A stretch of DNA of 64,000 nucleotides from Macrostomum lignano (taxonomy: Eukaryota): the NCBI GenBank assembly GCA_002269645.1, contig NIVC01001966.1, positions 124,001 to 188,000 of the forward strand. The letters run 5' to 3'. A program made the translations under genes and the position numbers. The notes beneath the pieces were generated by a model. That model was not told the DNA's origin. It worked only from the letters and a program-made list of their open reading frames with translations, and ran no database searches. Shown here piece by piece: positions 1 to 12,861 of the stretch; position 1 is the first letter of the stretch; each line of letters opens with the position of its first letter.

Positions 1-59
1 CCTATAAGATCCTACCAATGATGACCAGTTGCTACTGAACACTCCTCTACCGGATCTAA

Positions 60-830
60 CCGAGGACGCTGCCATGCCGGTTATCGATCTAGATCACGTT
101 GAAATCGACTCGCTACCCGAGACTACGCGAGAACAGATGTTCACGCATAGTAAGACTTTCGTGGAATTTTTAGAAGACAAACTAAAGTGTTCCATATGAC
201 AATGTCGGAGACCAACATAAACGAGTTTCTACGTTTCTATTAGTTCTCTTTGAAGAAGTTTGACGGTAAAGTTTACACACCTGCGTGCCGGCATTCAGAG
301 GTATTTCTGCTTGGTTCTCAAGCGCTCTGTCAACATAATTTCTGGAGACGAATTTGCTGCCGCTAATCGAATGCTGCGCGTCAGAGTACGCGAGTACATT
401 GGAGCTGATTCAGTCAGAAGACAGTATCCACCAGTCGAGGAAGGTGACCTGGTGCGACTGTGCAGATACTTAGACAGAAGTACAGCAGAGCGTCTTCAGG
501 ATGAAGTGATTTTTATGTTACTCTATACGTTAGGTGAATGCGACCAAAAAACACCTGAAGTATTTGAAGAAGAGGGTACTTTGGTAGAACGAGTAGACGC
601 TGATGGCCAAGCATATCTGAGCCTACCGGATATGGCAACAAAAAATCAATCGACTCATCCGACGCGTGCTAAGAACAACATAGCAAAGCGAGCTCATCTC
701 TATGGACAGCAGCGAGAGCTTGTCGTCTACTACTGCAATCTCCTACCTGACAGTACAGAAAATTCATCACCTTAGCCAACGATGGAAGTGGCAACCTGCG
801 TTTCTCAGTTAACCGAGAACATCTCTGATT
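60..830 (+). mobile_element. Degenerate Crypton-like (DUF3504/tyrosine-recombinase-type) transposon relic, truncated at window start
   Basis: Broken frames read ...EIDSLPETTREQMFTH...FLRFY*FSLKKFDGKVY / LRAGIQRYF...NIISGDEFAAANRML...LQDEVIFMLL...DADGQAYLSLPDMATKNQ, following the motif order of DUF3504/Crypton proteins; stops and frameshifts present; homologous to the relic at 58720-59400. Confidence 0.6.
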
Positions 831-1077
831 CTACAGACAAGGAGCTCTTATCCGCTCTGCATTCAGCAAACAAGATGCATTATACCAATCCGAAAGCAGA
901 AAACATTCAGAGACACTTTGGAGAATGGATAGACCGTTTGAGCGCTGGGATAAGAGCACTAGAGCAGAACTGAAGCCCCATTGGCTGTGCAGTGGAGATT
1001 TAAGCCACCCACCAGAAAAAAATTCAACTCTTCAAGCAACACTTGGAGCGCTCAGAACCATTTTGAACACTGCGGCG

Positions 1078-2333
1078 ATGTCGACTCCGAGGGCACTTCT
1101 TCTCGCCCTGCTGAGCCTCGCCTGCCTGCGCAGCCTGCAGTCCTGCCAGCCGCCCTACCAGCCCGTGTCCGGCTTCTGCCTGCTCGTGAACACCACAGCC
1201 GCAGTCGGCTGGTGCCAGGCAGCTCGTCTGTGCCAGCTAGGCCGTCGGAGGCGAGCTGGTGATGGAGCCGGCCGCCATCCGGGCAGCTGCGCAGTTCGCC
1301 ACGGGCTCGGTGATGCTGTGGGTCGGCGTCACCGACATGCTGGAGGAGCGGCTCACCAGCAGGTGAGGCAATCAGCATCGAGTATTTCAGCACAAAACAG
1401 ACTATTTCTCCTGCTAGTGAGCAAAGCAGACAAAGCTCACTAGCAGGTTGGAATAGCTCTAGAAATACGTTTCGTAAATTCGGTGCTGCTGGTAGTAATG
1501 ATTAAATTACTCATATACGAGCTACAAGAAAGACAGGCCCTGAATGAATGAATAATTAATTTATTAGCTTTTCTACTAACATTGCTCAGCCAGTTACCAG
1601 AGCCATTATTACCCTAACACACAACGGGGGAGAGCACAAACCAAAAGGCCACCCCTAACTAGCCAAAATTAGTTGGGTCACCAACCAGCCGCCAACAAGT
1701 GCAAAGAAGCATCCAAGTGCGCAATACACAACAAAAAAGAGTAAACTCCTGCTGTGCAGAGGAATCTGAAGGGCATTACTTGATGGGGCTTCACTCTAAA
1801 AGGCACAAAATTCACTAGCCAACTTCCCAACCTGATTTTAGGTATTTTCGTGGCTCGTGCTTCTTCGAGGTTTTTCATTTAACTGAAATTTCCACCTTCT
1901 CAGAAGCGGCTGGCGCATGACCAATGGAAGCGATTTTGTTGCCCCAAATTCTGACTGGAAATCTGGCAGCCCAGGCAATTTTGCCAACTCGGATGACATG
2001 CTGGGTCTAAAAAACGGTTTGCTTCTCGACTTGATCTCATCAAACCGGATCGGCTTCGTCTGCCAGCCCGTGGCGACGCCGAACAGCGGAACCTTCAGTC
2101 GGACCAGCTTCCTGCAGCTGGGCGACATCACGCCCTACTACTGCTACACGGAGGTGCAGTCGGTGCAGCCCAGGCTGCTCTGCGCTCGCCAGTGCGCTGC
2201 CCGCTGGGAGTGTCGGGCGGCTCTGTTCAACCGGGCCGAGTCTCGCTGCCGCATGCTGGACTTCGCCGACGCGAGCGCGGGCGACGCCATCGAGAAGAGC
2301 GGCGCTTGGGAGAAGTTCGTCAAGGTCTACTGA
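1078..2333 (+). pseudogene. C-type lectin + PAN/apple gene copy 1, frameshifted allele or pseudogene
   Basis: Exons 1078-1362 and 1904-2333 (GT-AG). Exon 1 is 285 nt versus 281 nt in intact copies because of an extra CTAG at 1237-1240 (tgccag-CTAG-gccgtc). Exon 2 is intact. Confidence 0.85.
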
Positions 2334-3147
2334 GGTTATCATTGAAAAAATAAGCCACTGGTTTTATTCATTTTCGCAAATCACAATCTCTATAGCAATT
2401 TAGAGGCCGAAACTTCATGAAGCAGAGCCTAGAAGGATAACTAGCGTCGTTGAACACCTCCTGTTTTTAGTGAACGCAGATGTTCTTCTGAGTTTACTGT
2501 TGGCGACTTCTCTCTTTAATCAGATTCTGAACACCTAACTCTAGATAATACTGTATGAGTAACATTTTGGTCAGTGAAAACTCTAAACATCTCTTTGGCA
2601 CCAAATACAACAATGAAGCATAGCTGCGCATGGCAAGACATGTGTTGCTATGACAACGAAAGGATATTGTTCTTCAAATTGGCAGGCTTGGTAGAACTAA
2701 ACCGGGTCTATGGACAGGTGCGAGCCCTCCCTCTTGAACTCATCGTCGTTCAATCTATTTATGTCAGTAAAGCGTTCGAACGAGTCAAGTGGAAGCTGAA
2801 ACCCCAAGATAAATTTACAGAATTGGAGTTCAAATGCATCAGCCAATGCAAACATGACAGCTCATCCAGCCAAAGAAGTATTTGTTCGACCGTTTGGTTC
2901 GGTAAACACTTGATGAGAGTATTGCGGCATCATCATTGTTGAATGCTAGCATAGGCGATCGATTCTGCGGTGACTCAAAAATTTCACCTTATCATTTGTA
3001 GCTTGATGAAGAATACGAGTATCTGAAAAAAATTTTTGGCACAAATTTTTTCTGTCGATTTGGAAAGGTTCATGGGTCAGTCTCTATGTCTATGTCTAAT
3101 GTCCCTAATTTAAACCTGATCTTTTGTGAAAGAAAAAGCAACGGAAA

Positions 3148-3248
3148 GATAGTGCACGGCTTGCAAGTGCAACAACGCCTAGGACCACGAGTGTGCGTAG
3201 CGCACGAGTGTCTATGGCGTTGTTGCACGCGCAAGCCGTGCTTCTATC
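3148..3248. repeat. Imperfect inverted repeat (hairpin) of about 100 bp, probably a Crypton-associated terminal structure
   Basis: gatagtgcacggcttgcaagtgcaacaacgcc ... ggcgttgttgcacgcgcaagccgtgcttctatc; the left arm recurs at about 50888. Confidence 0.75.
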
Positions 3249-3250
3249 AC

Positions 3251-4203
3251 ATTATCATATAGACTAGCCAACAGTGGCTATTCATTTTTGTCTATGGCAA
3301 TTTGCAAAGAACAGGGTTGAGGGAGGCAAGGAATATCTTTCTCTCCACTACAGCGCGATATTTGTTCGTCTCAGTGTGCGTTCATTTGAAAACATGATTC
3401 ATCTGTCTCAATTCCCGGACAATTGCATAACCGGCTACAATTGCATAATTGACTACGGCGGAAATCGAGAAGCATGTAGAGCTCATGGACAGAAATTCGT
3501 TGATCGAGCGGATGATGTTCGATGATGAGCCGCTCCTACCTACTCTGGAAGAACTGTTCAATCTGATTCCCTTGGTGGAGGGTGAAGACTCGGAATCAAT
3601 TCCGGGTGTTGGAGTTTCCACAACTGAACTGCAAGCGATCGTCGACACTTTCGTTAGCTACTTAACAAATGGCAAGCGCAAGGCGAGTGAACTGGGCAAG
3701 ATGTCCGACGTGTTGTCAGCATCGCTGTATGGAGCCAGTTCGTCTTCTGCGACCAACGATAAGTCTGTGGCTATCGTCGGACCATCTGGCGATATGGATT
3801 CGGCGGGGGATGCTACGTCTATCTCCGAGGTCCCAAAGCGGGTGGCAAGTGTTGGAATGACGACGTCAGTCCAAAATGTCAAGCTTGACGTTCAAGCATC
3901 TTCGACCGATGCTGTTCGACCGGAGCTACATATTCATCTGAGTGGTAGTTTCAGCAATTGCAACTTCAAATTCGGTGATCAGTGAGTACTGATGAGTACT
4001 GAGTGAGTTACTGAGTTTTCGAGTTACTACTAGAGCACTGACTACTAGACAAAGAGCTCGTTAAACATGTTCAACTATTTGCTACGTTTGTTTTTCGTAA
4101 AATATAAAGTTTGTGTCGTTGCATTATTGCACGCTGATTGTCAATTGTCTATGGTAAAATCTCCATTATTTTGACTCACTTGTTGGCTAGACTATATGAT
4201 AAT
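3251..4203 (+). mobile_element. Crypton-derived non-autonomous element with inverted ends and an internally deleted ORF (3449-3985)
   Basis: Left end attatcatatagactagccaaca-gtg matches the reverse complement of right end cacttgttggctagactatatgataat. The ORF carries KRxSxxxxMSDVL and the terminal LSGSFSNCNFKF typical of Crypton/KCTD1-like C-termini but no recombinase core. Partial second copy at 50883-51357. Confidence 0.6.
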
Positions 4204-4399
4204 GGTTGATCACAAACCGCTACACTCGGGGCCATGGTAAGCAAGGCTTACCCTGACAGATTTTACCATACTAGGAATTGAGCAACTGCCGAAGACCACT
4301 TTTTTCGGCCTGTGCTCAAAGCTTCAAAGCGTTTGTAGGAAATTCGAAAAGTCTTTTCCTAGTACTTTTTGCCTTTCAGCTGAAATTCATTTTATTAGA

Positions 4400-5300
4400 G
4401 TTAATTCCACCATTGATGATTTAAGAGAGCATAAGAAATTAAGGATAGTCTGTCGATTTATCAATTCACAAAGCAAGTTCAACAAAGAGTTGAAACTGTA
4501 TTACGAGCAACATATTATGAACAATGACGAGAACAACAAACGAAAAAGGTATCTATTTTCATCAAGCAGATTTTTCAAAAGGGTCGAATGATTTTAATCA
4601 ATAAGGCAGGTGCGAATCCAATGTAAATGGGGGATGTTTACGTGGAAGAAACTGGTAAAAGGCTTATCAAACGATGTATTAACTCAAGTGACATGTCTCA
4701 GGACATGAACTTTGAGGTGCAAAACTTCTGAGAAGTCAGGACTCGGTGTGAGCGAGCCTGTATTCATAAATCCCACAAATTACCGTCTAAGATTTACATT
4801 GTCAAGCATGCCACTGTTGAAAGCAAGCTTCCAAACAGAGCCAAGAATCTCGATGCAGATGCGACAGCGCTTTGTTGGCCTTGGCTGGCTGTTCTGTGGC
4901 GTGATTTTCTTTGGAAAATTTAGATTGACAGGACCCCGGCTGCCTGAGCTTAGAAGCTTAGAAGTCAGTTTTTCAGTGACAAAGCCATGGATCATACACT
5001 GGAGCCCTAAAGAACCGCAATTTCAATAATTATATCGATGTCAACACCAAGGACTAACGGACTTGACAATCGAACGCTCCGATCCATCAAGCGAATGCTG
5101 ATGTTAATAACGTGCTGCAAGTGGACAAAGCTTTTCGGATCTCAGCATGGCACGCATTCTTCTTTGCATATGAATTTGCTGGCCAACTGTCGCGGAGTCT
5201 ACAGACCTCATTCTACGGCTCTTGAGAAGCAGCTTTCCTCCCTCAGCCTGCGCCAGGAGCTCGTCAGCCTCCTCTGAACAGATTCGCAGATGCGAAGTAA
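4400..5300 (-). mobile_element. Highly degenerate Crypton-like relic
   Basis: Fragments DIDIIIE..., SGSRGPVNL (cf. GRRGRENL), PRPTKR and NHSTL in broken frames; weak similarity only. Confidence 0.35.
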
Positions 5301-5879
5301 GCAGGCCAGATGAGACTCTTGCGAATTGCTAACGTTTGTCCCCTGACAAACGTGCCTGAAGCGTGCCTGATACTGTGTCTGTGGTTTACACGTATTCATA
5401 TTTGCCCACAGAAAAGCAAACTTGTAAAAGCAGAGAGGCATTGTCTCACTGCATTTTTTGCTAGGAAACTTTCTATTAGTGAACAAGAGAAAGTGTTAAG
5501 ATTAATGAAAGAATTAATTAACTGAATTTAAAGCATGAACTACCAGTACTAATATAGTTAAACCCATAAAACGATATCAATATTAGAATTTAAATAAACT
5601 AAAAACACAAAGCCAATCAATCGTCAGTCAGGCGAATTGCCAATAAATCATCAGGCAATTATTCTAGACGAGTTCCTGTACGTCTCTCTTCCCTCGTCTT
5701 CACTTTTCTCGTTTCTCTTATTTATTGTCTCAAAAAATTTTACGGGCGCTCTGCCGTGAATGAATAAAACCATGGTTTGCTCGTCTGCCTTAAATCTTGG
5801 GGTCATTTTGCTCCGAGAAGCCCCCGTTTCCCATCGATTGGCTAACTGAAAATTCTTTAGTTGTCTATGGTAAAAACGT

Positions 5880-6420
5880 TGCAAGCTGCAGTGAACTCAT
5901 TGTACTGGGTGATTGGTAAAAATCTGGACATGGTTAGTTTTTGCTGTAGACAAACTGTTCTCCGCAACGCAATCCACTACCCTTTGCGTCACGGGTACTC
6001 CGCTTTATTGAAGCATCTAGCGCACGTAATTGAGTTCCACGTCCTTCCAGAGGCTCCATGGCTTTCCGCATTCGCTGACCAAGTAGTATTGCAGCATGCT
6101 GAAAAAATCCTTCAACGTAGAAGCACCATAACGATCACCACGCTTATTTCGGATCTCTAAGATAAACCATTCAAGAACGTAGCTGAGATCGCGCTTGCTC
6201 ATCTCGGATAGGTCGGCCAACGCTATCGAACCGGTCTACGTTCTGCCTTAGCCAATTGAGCCTTCTTCTCGTGTCACGATAGAAATATTTCTACCAATCC
6301 ACTTACACCTTTTCGTTGCAGCTTCTGGCGCAACAGACACAATTATTTCGTTCAGTGTCTGCATGCTCATCTTCGCTGTACCGTAGTCGGTTGCGAAAGC
6401 CAATGGCAAGTCACTCAAGA
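5880..6420 (-). mobile_element. Crypton-like (KIAA1958/ZMYM/QRICH1-type N-terminal region) relic
   Basis: LSEMSKRDLSYVLEWFILEIRNKRGDRYGASTLKDFFSMLQYYL matches the family motif LxxxLxxFxxExRxxxGxxYxxxTL; clearly homologous to ORF 51351-51779. Confidence 0.7.
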
Positions 6421-9286
6421 AAGCTTCGAATTCGGCAAGGCTAAGTAATTCAAAACCGTCAACTAAAAACTAGCCGATTGAGCATTCTGTATAAGTTTTG
6501 TACTTAAAATTTCACAGCAAAATTTAAGGCAGGCGAGCAATCAATGATTTTATTCATCCATGGCAGCAATGTCTAGATGTCTGAAAGGCTTTGACTACCT
6601 GTCAAGAAGGCAGAAATATCAAAATATTGTATCAGTAGCATCACTGCTACACTGCTACAACTTTCAGTGCGTTTTCTTGGGAAAATTGGTCGACATCAAT
6701 TGATTACACACGATTTTCGAAGCCTAATCCAGCATCCACTAGAACTAGCAAGAATAGAATTTACGAGTATACTACAACTTATTAAGTAATTTATATTTGT
6801 TCATTGCCTGCCCCAGCAAGCTTTGCACAGCATCGAAATATTTCAGATGACAGACGCTTTTAGCCAATGCTAATGCTAAAAGCGTTAGCCACTTGCCCTA
6901 CTTGCTGATTTACTTCTGTATATACTATAATTTACAGCAAAAAATATTATTGTCGGAAATGCGACTAGCTCGTAAAAGGCGTCATTACGACGGCGATTCG
7001 ACGTCGACCTGACCGGTCACTGTTATCAGGATGATAAAAAATGCACTTTATTTAATGCATCAAGATATACCATTTTTTTATTTTTAGGCACAGGATATTT
7101 ATCTACGATATAAAAGTAACATAGAATCCAATTTTAAACGAAAATCTCTACGAATATCAATAGAGCCATATAAAAAGGACCAAGTCATGTCAAAGTATGA
7201 AAATTAAGTTTTTCTCCTATTAAAGACAACAAAAAATTATGTCCTGAAAATTGAAACTCCCTATCTCCGTAATGTGTTTTTCGTTAAAAAAATTGCCTAC
7301 TAAAAATTTCGAAGAAACGTTGTTTTTTGTCTTTCTACTATAGAAGTCTTAGATTGAAGCACCCACTATTCATGCCTTGTGGTTTGAACCTTGTTTTTAT
7401 AACTTGTATTTGAACTCAAGGCAGCATGAGCATAGCGAGTCCTAAAGAAAAAAGGAAAGCTGAGATCTTAAGCGGCTTTGGTTGGGAGTTAAGATATAAT
7501 AGATATAACTGTCAAGAATCAAGACTAACATTGAAAGAACAAGTAACGGTTGAGGAGCGATTCTTCAGGGCACAAAACCATGTATACACGAATTACCCTT
7601 TCCTCGACTCTACAACGAAATTACGTACGTATGTGAACTGATTTTAGGTCAAAACTAAACGAATACGGCTTTATAAGACATCGAAAAGAAGTCCTCAGCA
7701 CGACATCGTTGGCAGAAATATTTCGCGACGTCGAGACAGTTCAATGTAGTGCAAATACGTTGCTTCCACTTTGACCAGTGGGAGCAGTTGTAAATAAGTC
7801 TGATGCCAAGAGATGATTTGCGAATGGCTCCAAGCGAGCTCAATATGCTCAACGGATCCGGCACAACAGCGACTCTACCCGCTGCGAATCTCTTCAAGCA
7901 GCAGGCACTCGACCGTCTGTCTGAACTCCTCGACCGGCGCGTAGTTATCGGACTCAAAAGCGGGCACTTCAGACAGGGAGGCAGGCAGGATGATCAACGT
8001 CGGGGCAGACAGGAAGTGGGAGAGAAAACGCCGCAGGCGATGAAGTCTGAATGCGACACGTTATTCAGTGTTTTGTTTGATTAACACGATTGGGGTAGTT
8101 AACAGGCACATGCAAACTACCGCAGATCTGAAATCAGTGCAAAATTCAGGCAGCTCTGCCTCCTCTTTCTGCGGCCGCAGCAGTTCGATGCATGCATCGT
8201 CGGGTAAGATTGATTTCCGTTTCCAGTGCCGCTCCGAAAAATTGCCGCCCGCCTTGGGCCGCCAGCTGCTGTCGATTTCGCATAGGCTCTCGACCAAAAG
8301 TCAGCATCTACTCGTAGATCTGCTTGAGAGTCACGTCACGAGAATCATGGGCAATATTATAAATCGGCTTCGCTACCTTTCATGGGCAGCTTGCGCGCTT
8401 GCAGTGCAGCCTCTGTGGCTCGCAAAGAATCGAACCAGCGGTCGTGGCGCGACAGCCAGACGCGGTCACCACTGACTTGCTCTGCCGCCACTGGTCTGCA
8501 TTTCCCGCAATGTCTTCCATCACACGATTGACAACTGAGGGACATCCAACACAAGATCTGGTTGACGAGCGATTCCAACTGCCACAAATTTTGAGCAGAC
8601 GTCTCACAAACTTTGGAAGGTCCGTTACATGACTGTTTTACCTGACACTGCTGTCTCGAAAGTGACCGCCGGATTGAGCTGTGCTCACTTAAGGCAGTTT
8701 TTTAATTTGTCCCTTTTTTAGGATGTGAATAAAAAAATAAATCACCCAAGTGTTGTCCCATTATAACGATAATTTTGCTTTCCTACGAGCTACTTTTAGT
8801 AGCAAGGAGTGGACACAGTGAGGATTGGGAATGCAAAAGTGGAGCATTTAGCCAAAAAAGTCCATTGTTGTGCACCATTTTTTGGATAAATGTGCTTCTA
8901 GTTGAGTTTGATGAACTGTGAAATAGATGGCGACAGTAATTTTAATTAATTTTAGTGGCGAATATTCGCATACTATGTGAAGCTGTAGTGCAGTAGTTCC
9001 TTTTGAAGAGACCTAAACGTCAAGCAGAAACAGCTAGAACTTACGGTAGCCTTCGTATTCTTCCACTGGTGTTTCTGTCAAGCTCTTTAGTCTGCACTGA
9101 CTGATTGTGCGTTCATAGTCAGCTTGAGAAGTTCAAACATCCCAAGCACCACGATGGGGCCCCTCATCCGACATGGCAGGCTTCTTTCTCTCCGCTCGAT
9201 TAATCAACTGGTTCAGCATGAAAGCATGGATAAATGCAAGCTCAAGCATTTAGCATAGAATCGATAAAATTTGTGCGCAGCTTAGC

Positions 9287-9432
9287 AGCAGACGGTCCAA
9301 TGGCCAATGCAAACCAACGACAGTCTTCACTGACCAATCAGAGTCTGCCATGCTGCGAACAAGTTAAATAAAGCAATTTTCATGTGAATGATGAAGCCCG
9401 CACAGCTGAAATACTGCTGGTTTACCACAAGG
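9287..9432 (+). promoter_or_regulatory. Putative promoter/5'UTR of lectin copy 2 with a CCAAT box, shared with the split copy at 53027
   Basis: tgaccaatcagagtctgcca (CCAAT at 9334) ... atgatgaagccc.cagctg.aa..ctgctggtttacc is conserved at about 52881-53026. Confidence 0.5.
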
Positions 9433-10329
9433 ATGTCGACTCCAAGGGCGCTCCTTCTCGCCATGCTGAGCCTCGCCTGCCTGCGCAGCCTGCAGTCCTG
9501 CCAGCCGCCCTACCAGCCCGTGTCCGGCTTCTGCCTGCTCGTGAACACCACAGCCGCAGTCGGCTGGTGCCAGGCAGCTCGTCTGTGCCAGGCCGTCGGA
9601 GGCGAGCTGGTGATGGAGCCAGCCGCCATCCGGGCAGCTGCACCGTTCGCCAAGGGCTCGGTGATGCTGTGGGTCGGCGTCACCGACATGCTGGAGGAGC
9701 GGCGGACTAACAGGTGAGGCAAAAATAATCTAGTATCGATTATTTCTGCACACAGCAAATTTGATTGCATTTTGTGCTGAACGAAGAACTCTGAAAATCT
9801 CATCTGAATGCTCATTCATTAGCCTTTGATGAGTAAATATGCTAATTATGTAGATAATATTAGGAGGTCCTCACTGATCTGATATTCTCATCTTCTCAGG
9901 AGCGGCTGGCGCATGGCCAATGGAAGCGAATTTGTTGCCTCAAACTCTGACTGGGGATCTGGCTACCCAAACAACATCGACAACTCGGACGACCTGCTGG
10001 CTCTAACAAGAGGTCTCCTGGCCGACTTGATCTCATCAAACCTGATCGGCTTCGTCTGCCAGCCCGTGGCGACCCCGAACAGCGGAACCTTCCGTCGGAC
10101 CAGCTTCCTGCAGCTGGGCGACATCACGCCCTACTACTGCTACACGGAGGTGCAGTCGGTGCAGCGTAAGGTGTTCTGCTTTTGCCAGTGCGCTGCCCGC
10201 TGGGAGTGTCGGGCGGCTCTGTTCAACCGGGCCGAGTCTCGCTGCCGCATGCTGGACTTCGCCGACGCGAGCGCGGGCGACGCCATCGAGAAGAGCGGCG
10301 CTTGGGAGAAGTTCGTCAAGGTCTACTGA
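9433..10329 (+). CDS. Secreted C-type-lectin-like domain + PAN/apple domain protein, copy 2 (236 aa)
   Basis: Exons 9433-9713 (281 nt) and 9900-10329 (430 nt) join in frame. Signal peptide MSTPRALLLAMLSLACLRSLQS; CTLD hallmarks FCLLV..WCQAARLC..GGEL..LWVG..W..GxP..FVCQ; PAN-type C..C..C..C pattern CYT..C..QCAARWEC..FN....CRM. Confidence 0.85.
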
Positions 10330-10839
10330 GAGAAACAGCGGTTAAAAATACCAAATGGCCACTGAAGTTAAAAGAAACTCTTAACTTACAGGAAAACCAA
10401 CTTTAACCAAAACTAGTAGAAAATCAACTCGACAGCAAGTCATATCGTGAGCAAAACAATGAAAGACGGCCACATTCAAAACTCCTAGAAGACTTGTTAC
10501 CTCTGAAAAATCCCAGAAAATAAATTCTCCTTTTTTTGCGCCAAAGAGTTTAGAGATTCGGGACTTTCTTGCATCTACCCTGAAAGTATAAAGCTTGTTG
10601 CTGTTTCTGTCCTCAATTTAATCTTTCTACTATTACGTCTCAGTCAGAAGCATTGAAAAACGAATATATTTGCATTGTAACTTAGCATGGCCTAATATTG
10701 AAATATCAAGCTTTTGCTGAGGATCCTATATTTGAAGTTAATAACCAAAACACTCCTTTTCTTTTCGATGTAGTCTATTGTTTTTTCAAATACTTGTTGG
10801 GCATACTCTCTGCTTTACGAATATTTGTGGCAACTATAT

Positions 10840-11360
10840 CTATTTTCCAAATATTACAAATCTGTATCGAATTTTCTTCTGGAATTTACACGAGATTGTG
10901 CAGGAGCCCCGGAATCCGGATGTTTCATTGTGCCTGAGTAGCAACGCAAGGCGCTACTCAAGTTCCGAAGCAAGCCGATGAGGAGTTTGCTTTCAATGTT
11001 GTTAAGGAAGATGAGACGCAGGCTTCACTTCCGTCATTCTTTCGGGAGCGATGGGAAAGAGGCCAAGGAATTGCCATGCCCCGTTTCCTTCCTAGAAAAA
11101 CCAACTGACTAAAACTTTCGTGAGCCGACAAAGGAAGCCAAACATTGATTTCCCCGCATTGGGTGAGAAGGCGGTGTTTCGGAGTTACCCACAGTCAGCG
11201 ATCTGAGAGACTTTCTCAAGACATCCGCGAGAAAGTTTCACTTCCGGATGTAAAATATCGTTAGAGCTTTGCTGTCATGGATGTTAAATGCTGGCGAACA
11301 CAAGGACTGCTAAATTAAGACAGCAATCTTTCTTTGTAGTTCTTAGGCTGGTATCTAAGA
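10840..11360. repeat. Dispersed repeat R downstream of lectin copy 2
   Basis: acagtcagcgatctgagagactttctcaagaca...aagtttcacttccgg and neighbouring blocks recur at 58280-58640 and 61205-61300. Confidence 0.7.
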
Positions 11361-11404
11361 TCATATATACACGAGATGGGCCACTCATGTGCTTTACAAA
11401 CCTT

Positions 11405-12861
11405 TCAGTGTAGTTGAGAAAGCTCATGGATCCACCTAGATGTCGGTAGCAGAAACACCGCCAGCTTTACGAACCATTTGTGCGCTCGGCGACATGCGCT
11501 GTAAGGCTGGGCTGCGGCATCCATCCGATCCACACCTCCCATGTTCTGATTATATTGCAACACAGAGTTGGGCTTCAGCATCTGCTGCTCCACACCACCG
11601 CGCAGTACCCGGCTAAATAAAGAGCTAGCAGCTGTTGAAGAAGATTCCAACAGATAGACAGTCTTTGTTCCTGAGCTTCGCCTGTCAACCAGCTTCGCAG
11701 CGAGGATGTCACCATGTCGGGCAAAGACTCGGTGGTTGCAAGAGCATATCTCGCAGAATCGGTGGGACGCCTTGATCTTTGCGAACGGTCCCAGTTAAGG
11801 TTGTTCCTCTGGTCAGTAAGAACTTGGCCAGTCGCACTGATGAAAACCAACTGTCGCAAAAGACCCGATATCCAAGGTCCAGAATGTCGCAACAAAGTCT
11901 ACGATGACTCTCTCACTGACTGAGAGTTCATTCGCAATGGTGGATGAATGTGTCAGACAATTCCACATGTAGCCTGTAGAAGACTCTGCAAGGCAGTAAA
12001 ATTTGATTCCAAACTTGGCTCTCTTGTTGGGCATGTACTGCTTAAAAAGCAGCCTCCCTTTATGGAGGAGCAGCACTTCATCAACGGCAATGCTTTGACC
12101 CTTTGACCAGGCAGGTAGCTGTTCCTGCAAACTGTCCGGACAATGTCTTGGAACGGCCTGATCTTGCACAAGGGATCATCAGCGTCGAAGTCAAGACAGT
12201 CATAGCAACGCAGCCATGTCATGATTTGTTGAAACCGCGAGCGGGGGAGCATCTTCATGCTTTGAAAGTAGGGATGGAAGTAGAACGGGTCCGTGGACCA
12301 GTAAGCCGTCAGCTCCGGTTTCTGTACAACTCCAGTATGAAATATAACGCCGATCACCTTCTTCATCTCAGAAACAGTGCAGGGCTTCCACGTTCTGAGC
12401 CCGTAAGGTAGTTCAGCATCTCGGTGTTCTTTTTGAAACTTGGCAATATCCAGCTGTGCTCTCTTGTTTGTCCACACGCACATCTGAAGCAGAAAGTCAT
12501 CGGGTAAAAATTGCTCGAAAATGACTGTGCAGCCATCGTCAACATCAGCAGGTACAGAGAATCTCGGATTGACTTCGCTTGCCCCGAGGAACTCGGGAAG
12601 AGAATTAGCTCGAGCATCGGTCTCTGGAGTTACTGATCTCTAATCATCGTGCATCATTCCCTGATCGTCTTCCTCCGGTCCATCGTTGCCTGCTTGATCT
12701 TCGCCACCGTCCTCTCCCTCACTCTCAGCAGTGACCAATGATTCATCGCTCGACTCATCGCTCGATTCGCTGTCGAGGCCCAAATTTTGCAAGGCTAGCT
12801 TGGCTGCTTGTCGTTGCAGTCTGACCGCTTGCATTGTAAGGAGGCACGAGTAGAAACTCAT
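11405..12861 (-). mobile_element. Degenerate piggyBac (PGBD-type) transposase
   Basis: Acidic N-terminus, then VQKPELTAYWSTDP, DPLCKIRPF, IAVDEVLLLHKGRLLFKQYMPNKRAKFGIKFYCLAESSTGY and YNQNMGGVDRMD...RRAHKWFVKL; several frameshifts; TTAA ends not identified. Confidence 0.9.

Noticed and set aside
7655-8632. Cys-rich ORF fragments (RICTTLNCLDVAKYFCQRC) as a transposase zinc finger
   Set aside because: Similarity too weak to assign a family without a profile search.
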